Source: a virus
Strand: one strand, 5' to 3'
Length of the DNA: 43,037 bases
IMG/VR virus record: IMGVR_UViG_3300045988_172905
Location: 1-43,037 of that record
Positions within the stretch are counted from its first letter, which is position 1, and each line of letters begins with the position of its first letter. Positions 35,630 to 42,856 of the stretch are shown piece by piece. The position numbers and the translations under genes were made by a program. A model generated the notes under the pieces. The model was given only the letters and a program-made list of their open reading frames with translations. It was not told where the DNA came from and ran no database searches.

Positions 35630-35655
35630 AGCCTCTCACACCGAGAGGCTTTTTT
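35630..35655 (+). terminator. Strong intrinsic terminator
   Basis: AGCCTCTC 35630-35637 pairs with GAGAGGCT 35643-35650, followed by TTTTT. Confidence 0.8.
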
Positions 35656-35718
35656 ATGCTCAATGTTAATAAATTGTTGAAATCTAAAATATCTTGTTGG
35701 TAAATGAAATATATTGCT

Positions 35719-35726
35719 TACCTTTG
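35719..35726 (+). promoter_or_regulatory. -7 promoter box TACCTTTG with no ORF directly downstream
   Basis: Exact match, and the flank tgcttacctttgcag is shared with the box at 39943. A weak hairpin plus TTTTT lies at about 35763-35799. Confidence 0.45.
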
Positions 35727-35832
35727 CAGCGTACCAAAGTACATAGATCTAACCATCAGGAGGGCTGTCTGGCTGTGAAGCTTGGCAGCCTAAATTTTTG
35801 GCACAGAATTTGCTTACTCTAAAAAATAGAGT

Positions 35833-35840
35833 TATATTTG
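35833..35840 (+). promoter_or_regulatory. -7 promoter box TATATTTG
   Basis: Exact match 23 nt upstream of ATG 35863. Confidence 0.55.
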
Positions 35841-35862
35841 CACCATCAAAATCGTTATTTCT

Positions 35863-36411
35863 ATGTACAGACTCATCGTTAATATATTATTGGTCGCGTG
35901 TTTCGCCCTGCCGTCGTGGGGCAAATATGCCGGTCTTGCCTATGTGGGCGAGATAGAGTGGGATAAGAGACACCAGACTGCCGTTAAACTGATTTGTGAT
36001 ACCACGGCGACTGACACGGTGTGGTCACTCGAGATGCAGGGCGCGGTGGAGCATTATGACACGCTGCTGCTCAAAACGGGCGACGGCAAGGTGTTGGTAC
36101 TGGTTCCATACGACGAGAAGTTTAACCATGTTACCGACAGCATGGGGCACAGCTCAGTCACGGGTGAACTGATGGAGTTCTATCACTACGAGACGGTGAT
36201 ATACTTCCACATCACCACCACAGCCTTAAACCACATCGCTGAACATGGCATTGCCAAACTTCGCTACGGCCACAACGACTTCTATAGAGATAAGGTTTAC
36301 AAGCGCAACGAGTTCGGCAAAGACCTTGCTGAAGCCTACCATAAGGTCCTCGAGCAGATGTCTCCCGACTATGTGCCACCACAGAAACCTTCCATCCGGG
36401 ACGGCTTCTGA
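35863..36411 (+). CDS. Secreted hypothetical protein
   Basis: Signal-peptide-like MYRLIVNILLVACFALPSWG. 182 aa, ending in PSIRDGF. Confidence 0.65.
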   Translation: MYRLIVNILLVACFALPSWGKYAGLAYVGEIEWDKRHQTAVKLICDTTATDTVWSLEMQGAVEHYDTLLLKTGDGKVLVLVPYDEKFNHVTDSMGHSSVTGELMEFYHYETVIYFHITTTALNHIAEHGIAKLRYGHNDFYRDKVYKRNEFGKDLAEAYHKVLEQMSPDYVPPQKPSIRDGF

Positions 36412-36480
36412 AAATTATGTTTAAAAGCATAAAGTGCAAATTTTACAAGATTATAAGATACAGCGTAAGATATTTTTATT

Positions 36481-36488
36481 TACCTTTG
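36481..36488 (+). promoter_or_regulatory. -7 promoter box TACCTTTG
   Basis: Exact match 21 nt upstream of ATG 36509. Confidence 0.55.
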
Positions 36489-36492
36489 CATG

Positions 36493-36504
36493 GCGAAATT
36501 TCGC
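36493..36504. promoter_or_regulatory. Perfect 12-bp palindrome GCGAAATTTCGC between the promoter box and the methyltransferase start
   Basis: Read directly from the sequence. It sits 5 nt after the -7 box and 5 nt before the ATG. Confidence 0.45.
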
Positions 36505-36508
36505 AATT

Positions 36509-38854
36509 ATGAAACACCGATATGATATGGAAACTAAAATCACAAGCAATGTTGGATGGGCCGCAAGAACAGGTCTCTTACCAATACATCTCGTTCCTTC
36601 TGAGGAAGTGAGTCGTTTTATTATGCTTGATGGCGGTGTTTATGACTTCTGTTTGGATTTTTCTCGCCAAAAGGAAAATTTTGAGTTTTACAAATCTCTA
36701 TCTTGGTCGGCAAATACTAAGAATTATATTTGTGTTAACCATGATAAAATTATTGTATATAATTGGTTGAAGCCAAAAGGTGACGTTTTACCTGCCACAA
36801 CGGTAGAGCACAAATTTGACCAATTTATCAACATCTTAAATGCTAGTAGTGTCCGCACATCTTCTGATGTAATGCCGTTTGTGATAAATCTTTTCAGAAG
36901 TTTGCGAAATGAAACCATTGAGAGGAAAGAGCCTATTGAAGCCCTCAATCTCCTCTATAGGCTCTTGATATCATTAGAAGAAGACAATTTTAGCGAAGAC
37001 GTTTGCCGTAAGTGGAATATACGTGCCGACATTGCCATTCCTTCAACTTTTGATAATATAGTTGATCTTATGAGAAAGGGTTCACTTGGGATCAAACCTA
37101 ATCTGGATCTTATACTAAGACATGGTTCGGGAATGATATTTCAAGAAGCTCACAGAATAGCGCAAAACTTCTCCAAGCAACTCTCTATATTCGGTGGATA
37201 TTCATCAAATATTGATTTCAAAAGTAAGAATTTGTACTCGAGCACCCACTATACCCCTCAATATCTGGCACGGTCTATTGTTGAAAATTGCATACAGAGA
37301 GTGGATCTCTCAAAACAGACGTTACGAATCTTGGATCCTGCATGTGGCTCGGGGTCATTCCTCATCGAAGCGTTAAAGCAGTTGAAAGAGAAGAATTATT
37401 GCGGCCAAGTTATAATAGAAGGGCTGGATAGTTCTGTCTGTGCGGTAAGTACAACACAGTTTCTTTTAAACTACGAGAAGCGAGCTGTTTGGTCTGAGGA
37501 GAATTTGGAAGTAAAAATCAAGCAAGTCTCTGATTCGTTGCAAGAAGACTGGGATGGTGGATATGATATAATTTTAATGAATCCGCCATTTGTCTCTATG
37601 GAGCTACTCAAGGATCCAGCAGAAAAGGATGCGGTACGACAAGTGCTTGCAGAATTGTCTATGTCTCACCGCCCCAACCAAGCTGCTGCTTTCTTGTATA
37701 AGGCTATAAAGGCGTTGGCTCCTGATGGATGTCTAGGTGCCGTATTGCCATATTCTATCTTGCTCTTTGACCAATATGAACGACTTCGGGAGGCTATACA
37801 TTCGATGTCATCGCTTCAAGTTGTGGCTCACCTGGGTAACTTTGTGTTTGAGAATGCCCTTACAGACGTGAGCTTCATGATCTTCACTAAAAAAGCTGAT
37901 CAAGAATCTCCTAAAGTAATCTGGTGTAGGAATAAGGAAAATGTAGCTTGTGCAGTCACAAAAGCTTGGCGTAAGATGTCATATAATGGAGAAATATCTG
38001 TTGATGACTATGATTACAACATCTACACTCCCGGGCAATTTCCGCTTGTTCGTCATTCGTGGAAAGTTATTCAGCAAAGGGATGAGGAATTCATGCGTAA
38101 CCTCAAAGCATATATGGAACAAGGTCTTCTAAAACCATTATCGTCAGTGCTTGATGTTAAGCAAGGCTTGCTTAGAGGAAACAAATATGCCTTTATTTTA
38201 AATAAAGACGAATACGAAAACATACCCCAAAACGAAAGAATGTATTTTCGCCCCCTGGCTTCTTCAGATACCATTAAGAATGGGCATGTTGTCAGGGTAA
38301 AATATATTTGGTATCCCTACGATGAAGACGGTTTGATGATTAAGTCAGAGGAAGAGTTGAAATCACTTGATTTTTCTTACGGTTGGTTAAGTCAATGGAG
38401 AGCAACTTTGGAAAACCGAAAAGGTGTTAGCCCATGGTGGTCTCTTACTCGCCCACGAAAATTTCAGTACTCCCCAAATTCACATCTTATTTCCAAACGA
38501 TTTGGTAATTCTTCATCCTTTGCCATCACTGCTGGGGATGAAGTGGTCGAAGAAGGTAACGCACTGTTGCTGAAATCTCGTTTGGTCAAAGATGACATGT
38601 ATTTCTATTTGTCTGTTTTATCTAGTGGCGTTTTTGATAGACTGCTGTCAATCTATGCCAAGCCACTGCTTTCAGGCTATGATTTAGGTGGAGTGCATAT
38701 TAAAGATATTCCAGTGCCAGATGTGAGGATGATTTGCGGTTCGACACTTTATCAAAAATTGGTTGAAACAGGCCAAATATATCATGATGGCGACACTGCC
38801 ATATTGGTTGTTATTGACGATATTGTCAAACATCTTTATCCTCAGGTATGGTAA
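36509..38854 (+). CDS. Eco57I/TaqI-C-type N6-adenine DNA methyltransferase, possibly a Type IIG restriction-modification enzyme
   Basis: Motif X HYTPQYLARSIVE, motif I ILDPACGSGSFLIEA, motif IV ILMNPPFVS, and a C-terminal specificity-type region with WWSLTRPR. A ~290-aa N-terminal domain is of unknown function. Confidence 0.85.
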   Translation: MKHRYDMETKITSNVGWAARTGLLPIHLVPSEEVSRFIMLDGGVYDFCLDFSRQKENFEFYKSLSWSANTKNYICVNHDKIIVYNWLKPKGDVLPATTVEHKFDQFINILNASSVRTSSDVMPFVINLFRSLRNETIERKEPIEALNLLYRLLISLEEDNFSEDVCRKWNIRADIAIPSTFDNIVDLMRKGSLGIKPNLDLILRHGSGMIFQEAHRIAQNFSKQLSIFGGYSSNIDFKSKNLYSSTHYTPQYLARSIVENCIQRVDLSKQTLRILDPACGSGSFLIEALKQLKEKNYCGQVIIEGLDSSVCAVSTTQFLLNYEKRAVWSEENLEVKIKQVSDSLQEDWDGGYDIILMNPPFVSMELLKDPAEKDAVRQVLAELSMSHRPNQAAAFLYKAIKALAPDGCLGAVLPYSILLFDQYERLREAIHSMSSLQVVAHLGNFVFENALTDVSFMIFTKKADQESPKVIWCRNKENVACAVTKAWRKMSYNGEISVDDYDYNIYTPGQFPLVRHSWKVIQQRDEEFMRNLKAYMEQGLLKPLSSVLDVKQGLLRGNKYAFILNKDEYENIPQNERMYFRPLASSDTIKNGHVVRVKYIWYPYDEDGLMIKSEEELKSLDFSYGWLSQWRATLENRKGVSPWWSLTRPRKFQYSPNSHLISKRFGNSSSFAITAGDEVVEEGNALLLKSRLVKDDMYFYLSVLSSGVFDRLLSIYAKPLLSGYDLGGVHIKDIPVPDVRMICGSTLYQKLVETGQIYHDGDTAILVVIDDIVKHLYPQVW

Positions 38855-39486
38855 TAGACTCACTTTTGAAATCCTTAAGCAAAAGATTCAGAACCTTCTC
38901 TGGAAATGGGTTGTATTTTCAGAAGAAAACGACTTTGGTAATTGAGAGCCAAGGTCAAGAGGATGTGACTATTAACGGCTATAGAACTAAGGCGACTCCA
39001 TGGTTCGACAATATCTATTTGAATATAAAAATAGTTTTAAAATACTGTGATAACCACAACGATTTTGAACCCTATGTTTCAGTAGTATTCTTCAAAAAAG
39101 TAGATTCCAATCTACAACCACTTTTCCGTGCCGAATGGGACAGCTATACTGCTATAGAGGGATATAATCACCCTCAACCACATTGGCATATAGTAGTACG
39201 TGAACCAAAAAAGGTAGACACATTTGACAGTTTTGAACAAGATAATGAGGACGCAGGTGACTTTGCAGAATTGTTTGCTCAATCAGAAGATGTAGAGGCT
39301 GATATCTACAAAATGCATTTTGCCATGGCTGGTGATTGGGTACATAATGGCAATATGATAACAGAACTAAAAAATGAAGATTCATTGGTTGAATGGATTT
39401 ATTATTTACTGACACATGTCCGCAAGGAATTTGAATATGTGAAAAACAAATCCTACTCTCCCCTTCAACACGGCTCTTTCATTTAA
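38848..39486 (+). CDS. Hypothetical protein coupled to the methyltransferase; native C-terminus replaced by the IS end
   Basis: Overlaps the methyltransferase stop by 7 nt. 212 aa with a His-rich HPQPHWH segment. The last 6 codons (cac ggc tct ttc att taa) are the IS terminal inverted repeat. Confidence 0.6.
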   Translation: MVIDSLLKSLSKRFRTFSGNGLYFQKKTTLVIESQGQEDVTINGYRTKATPWFDNIYLNIKIVLKYCDNHNDFEPYVSVVFFKKVDSNLQPLFRAEWDSYTAIEGYNHPQPHWHIVVREPKKVDTFDSFEQDNEDAGDFAELFAQSEDVEADIYKMHFAMAGDWVHNGNMITELKNEDSLVEWIYYLLTHVRKEFEYVKNKSYSPLQHGSFI

Positions 39487-39851
39487 GATAAAAGTAGAGA
39501 CATAGTATCCCTTACCCGGTTCATTACGAATCGGGGTGACTTGACAATGCTCTATATCAGAAAGTTGCTATTCTGTCAAAAATCTAAAATTCATTATTTT
39601 TGGTATAGGAAACGCAAAAGTCTGGTAAAACTCATAGATACATATCTCATAAGTTCAGCCATGCCCTTTTTCTTGTCAGACCTTTTTTTCCGAAGTCTTT
39701 TCCATATCGAGAACACGGAATGGACTATTCTTTGTATGGAGTCAAGATTGCGGACAGCTTTTGCCGACTTGCGTTTTATCCGGTCTTGCAGCAAATTGAA
39801 ATCCAGTGCCCAATGCATGCTTTCTATCGACCAATGGTTTCGCACCAATGA
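39469..39851 (-). mobile_element. Truncated IS element (one end plus the transposase 3' part)
   Basis: Begins with CACGGCTCTTTCATTTAA, identical to both MITE termini. It encodes only the C-terminal ~85 aa of an ISAs1/IS4-like transposase. Confidence 0.7.
39594..39851 (-). pseudogene. Transposase fragment (C-terminal region only), ISAs1/IS4-like
   Basis: VRNHWSIESMHWALDFNLLQDRIKRKSAKAVRNLDSIQRIV matches the HW.IE..HW.LD...ED pattern of the ISAs1-type DDE transposase C-terminus. There is no N-terminal or catalytic part. Confidence 0.7.
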
Positions 39852-39942
39852 GCCATCAATTCGTGATGGTTTCTGAAACATGTTGCACAACACTAAATGC
39901 AAAATATTATTAAAATTCTTTGGTTGATTGATTGATAGTGCT

Positions 39943-39950
39943 TACCTTTG
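39943..39950 (+). promoter_or_regulatory. -7 promoter box TACCTTTG
   Basis: Exact match 73 nt upstream of ATG 40023. Confidence 0.55.
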
Positions 39951-40022
39951 CAGACTGAAACGAGGATCCTGACAAGGTGAACCTCCGATAACAACATCAA
40001 TAATTTTGTTAAAGAACTGATT

Positions 40023-40751
40023 ATGGCAAAACTTGAACATGCACCTTTGTTGGAAGTCATCATGGAATTGACTTGGCAATCTGCTTCTCAAGCTGAGCTT
40101 GAGAAATTTCAGATTGCAGTGGGGGCATTATGTTCAAGTCTTAAAGAGACTTATAATACTCCAATATTCTTGCTTCCGGACGCAAACATGCCGATAATGC
40201 TGGCTTTAGGTAAACCCGTTTATCGCTGTTTGCACAAGGATAACCCTAATCAGATGTTCCAATTTGGTCCCGGACTATTGTCCGTGAATTTCGTTGGCAG
40301 CAATTATGAATGGAGTAACTTTCTTGCGGAGGTGATAAAAGTTGTTAATGCTTTTATGTCTGTTTATCAATTCAACGATGAAAAGCAATTGGGTCTCAAC
40401 TTAAAATATGTAGACTTCTTCCCGTACAATTTTGCGGCTCGAGGTGACATCTTGCAGTTCTTGAGCGATAAGTTTCATGTCGATATCAAAGTTGATTTCC
40501 TGAAAGACCTTAAGGAATTAGGTCTTCGGACGGGTTTAATCACTCCTGCAGGTATTTTCAGGTTGGTTCTTAACACTGCTCAACTGACTAAAACCAAAGA
40601 CATTGGTTTTATTATTGAGAGTCAAATCAACAATCTTGTTCCAGTAAACAACAACGAAGTCTTCAAAGCTATTATTTGCAATGCGCATGAACACTTGAGT
40701 GCGTTCTTCAAGAAGATGACTTCTGGTGATTTGTATGAATCTTTCAAGTAA
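40023..40751 (+). CDS. Hypothetical protein, tentatively TIGR04255-like
   Basis: 242 aa. The N-terminus LEHAPLLEVIMELTW resembles the PL.E..FE.RF start I recall for that family. Unverified. Confidence 0.55.
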   Translation: MAKLEHAPLLEVIMELTWQSASQAELEKFQIAVGALCSSLKETYNTPIFLLPDANMPIMLALGKPVYRCLHKDNPNQMFQFGPGLLSVNFVGSNYEWSNFLAEVIKVVNAFMSVYQFNDEKQLGLNLKYVDFFPYNFAARGDILQFLSDKFHVDIKVDFLKDLKELGLRTGLITPAGIFRLVLNTAQLTKTKDIGFIIESQINNLVPVNNNEVFKAIICNAHEHLSAFFKKMTSGDLYESFK

Positions 40752-40761
40752 CATTGCTATT

Positions 40762-41106
40762 ATGGAAAAGACTGCTGTTAAAACATGGGTTTTCACGTCA
40801 CTGTTAATCACAATGCCTGGAATGTTTGAAACGCAATCGCCGACCAATCTCAGCGCTTCCGTTACAACCATGGCTCAGACCGAGCTATCTACTTCCGAAT
40901 TAATAAACATTTCCAAACGGAATACAAAAAGGAAGATAAAAGTAAGGTCGCGTCGCATAGAACACAATGATGCGGTATTGGCACAACTGCTGAATGAGAC
41001 TATTGAATCTCAATCACAAACAATCCGTACGGAAAACATTGACTTGCGCTCATTGCTTCGTGCGACGTCTGGTCATACCATAAAACCGATGGAGAAATGG
41101 CTTTAA
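40762..41106 (+). CDS. Hypothetical protein, possible antitoxin partner
   Basis: ATG 10 nt after the previous stop; 114 aa. Overlaps the start of the MazF-like gene by 10 nt. Confidence 0.5.
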   Translation: MEKTAVKTWVFTSLLITMPGMFETQSPTNLSASVTTMAQTELSTSELINISKRNTKRKIKVRSRRIEHNDAVLAQLLNETIESQSQTIRTENIDLRSLLRATSGHTIKPMEKWL

Positions 41107-41471
41107 GTAGTAGAGTAAATCAGAGACAGATTGTATTTGTTAACTGGAAATTTCCAGAAGAACCTGGTTTACTACCTCACCCCGCAATAGTAATATCAAC
41201 CAGTGATCTTTTTGACGCAGAACCAATGTTCTATGCGGTCTTAATATCCTCGGCTAACTTTCACCCGGAATATACAGTAGAAATCAGCAACTCTGATTTG
41301 AAAGGTTCTGATAAACTTGATCATGATAGTTATGTTGTGACGCACTTTATCTCATATTTTGAACTTAATGATACTAATATACAGCCGTTGAATGCTTTTG
41401 TAACAAAAGACAAATTTGAGGAAATTCAAAATAAGATTATAAAAAGCGTGATGGGGCTTGATGTTGAATAA
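41097..41471 (+). CDS. MazF/PemK-like toxin-fold protein
   Basis: RQIVFVNWKFPEEPGLLPHPAIVIS aligns by eye with the MazF segment GDLIWVDFDPTKGSEQAGHRPAVVLS. Length (124 aa) and the C-terminal helix pattern also fit. Confidence 0.6.
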   Translation: MALSSRVNQRQIVFVNWKFPEEPGLLPHPAIVISTSDLFDAEPMFYAVLISSANFHPEYTVEISNSDLKGSDKLDHDSYVVTHFISYFELNDTNIQPLNAFVTKDKFEEIQNKIIKSVMGLDVE

Positions 41472-41503
41472 CTCACCCCATCAAAATATGCTCCACCCCA
41501 TCA

Positions 41504-41538
41504 ATCCGCATAAATCCGAAAAAATGCGGATATTTTTT
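41504..41538 (+). terminator. Intrinsic terminator (cassette-junction repeat, copy 1)
   Basis: ATCCGCAT 41504-41511 pairs with ATGCGGAT 41524-41531, followed by ATTTTTT. Confidence 0.7.
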
Positions 41539-41539
41539 G

Positions 41540-41547
41540 TACCTTTG
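41540..41547 (+). promoter_or_regulatory. -7 promoter box TACCTTTG
   Basis: Exact match 23 nt upstream of ATG 41570. Confidence 0.55.
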
Positions 41548-41569
41548 TCGCATATCAAAGGTTATTTCT

Positions 41570-42148
41570 ATGGGAGCTATTCTTATTATATTGATCTTCA
41601 TATTTATAGGTCTTATCATCAAAGTGGCTATTGATTCTTTTGATAAAGCCTCAAAAGACAAAGCGACTATTAAGGATTTGCCAAAGCAAGATCCTATAGT
41701 TGCCACCGTGGACAATGATGGTAAATACTGGTTAGAACTGCGCGATAATCTAATTAAGCAACACAGCCATGAGCGTAGTGTGACATTCTATGTCGTTGGT
41801 GGTATATATAGGTCTCAAGCAGCTCAAGAAGAATATACACTTATTCGTGAGGGCTATGACATCTCATTGCGTATAGAACCTGAAAACACACATGATAAAT
41901 ATGCTGTCAAGGTAATCAGCGACCGCAAACACATTGGCTATGTTGAAAGAGAAGATAGCAAAAGGGTATTCCAGGTTGTCTCGCAAAAATGTGTTTCAAT
42001 GTGTATTGTCATAGATAACCACTATGCCTATACTAGTATAGACCCTGATTTGATGGAAGTACAGTTGTTCATAAAACCTCAATTTGTGGATAAATGGAGA
42101 GTGGGCGGTTACTATGACGCTGATGAACCAGTCGAAACATCTAAATAA
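41570..42148 (+). CDS. Membrane-anchored HIRAN-domain protein
   Basis: N-terminal TM MGAILIILIFIFIGLIIKVAI. HIRAN-like core YVVGGIYRSQAAQEEYTLIREGYDISLRIEPENTHDKYAVKVISDRKHIGYVERED. Confidence 0.7.
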   Translation: MGAILIILIFIFIGLIIKVAIDSFDKASKDKATIKDLPKQDPIVATVDNDGKYWLELRDNLIKQHSHERSVTFYVVGGIYRSQAAQEEYTLIREGYDISLRIEPENTHDKYAVKVISDRKHIGYVEREDSKRVFQVVSQKCVSMCIVIDNHYAYTSIDPDLMEVQLFIKPQFVDKWRVGGYYDADEPVETSK

Positions 42149-42164
42149 TATGTTCTACAACATT

Positions 42165-42195
42165 AATCCGAAAAAAATTCTGCAGATTTTTTTTT
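42165..42195 (+). terminator. Degenerate terminator (cassette-junction repeat, copy 2)
   Basis: Imperfect AATCCG / CTGCAGATT pairing followed by T9. Homologous by eye to copies 1 and 3. Confidence 0.4.
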
Positions 42196-42228
42196 GCACA
42201 TTCCAAAACTTTGCCGCACCATTTTTTG

Positions 42229-42236
42229 TATCTTTG
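42229..42236 (+). promoter_or_regulatory. -7 promoter box TATCTTTG
   Basis: Exact match 30 nt upstream of ATG 42266. Confidence 0.55.
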
Positions 42237-42265
42237 CACAATGTTAGATTCTAAAAGCTAATGTT

Positions 42266-42832
42266 ATGGTATTTTGGTTGCTTATTCTATTCGTCGCATT
42301 CTTAGCTTTTGTGATGGGGCTTATTGCTAAGAGTGATAAAAATTATACCAAAAAGGATAGCCCACAAGAAGTTTTTAAAAATCCAGAAGCTTTAGAGCTG
42401 AAAATGCCTAAAAAGTTAAAGGAGTCTTTAGATGGTGACGATGTTAATATAAAAGTCACTATTAAGACTGATAAGACTCTCGCATACGCAAGACACCCAC
42501 AATTAAAAGAAGCGGAAGCTTTAAAATATAATGAGCCTGAAAAGGCTCTTGAGGTGCTGTTGCCTCTATGCGATGAAGAAAAAGGTATCTATGTTAAACA
42601 CGTTTGCCTTTTCTGTTACAGGAAACTTAAAGACCCCGAATCAGAAAAGAAGATGATTTATCGCATATTTGATAAAATCGAGACTATAAAAGAAGATGAG
42701 TGCGATGAAATTGAATATGAATATATTAAAAACTGCAGACCTGTTTATGAGTCTAGGCTGAGATGGGTAGAAACTTTAATTGAGAGAAAGCGCAAAAAAG
42801 AAGCACTGCTCGCAGAGAAAAAGAAATCATAA
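42266..42832 (+). CDS. N-terminally membrane-anchored hypothetical protein
   Basis: TM MVFWLLILFVAFLAFVMGLIA followed by a Lys/Glu-rich soluble part; 188 aa. Confidence 0.6.
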   Translation: MVFWLLILFVAFLAFVMGLIAKSDKNYTKKDSPQEVFKNPEALELKMPKKLKESLDGDDVNIKVTIKTDKTLAYARHPQLKEAEALKYNEPEKALEVLLPLCDEEKGIYVKHVCLFCYRKLKDPESEKKMIYRIFDKIETIKEDECDEIEYEYIKNCRPVYESRLRWVETLIERKRKKEALLAEKKKS

Positions 42833-42856
42833 GGCTCAAACACATGCTCCACCCCA

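Noticed and set aside
39541-39876. The plus-strand 111-aa ORF ending in PSIRDGF.
   Set aside because: Most of it is the antisense of the transposase fragment and translates to implausible sequence. Only its last ~8 codons are meaningful, as the remnant tail of a paralogous gene; this is reported as a finding instead.
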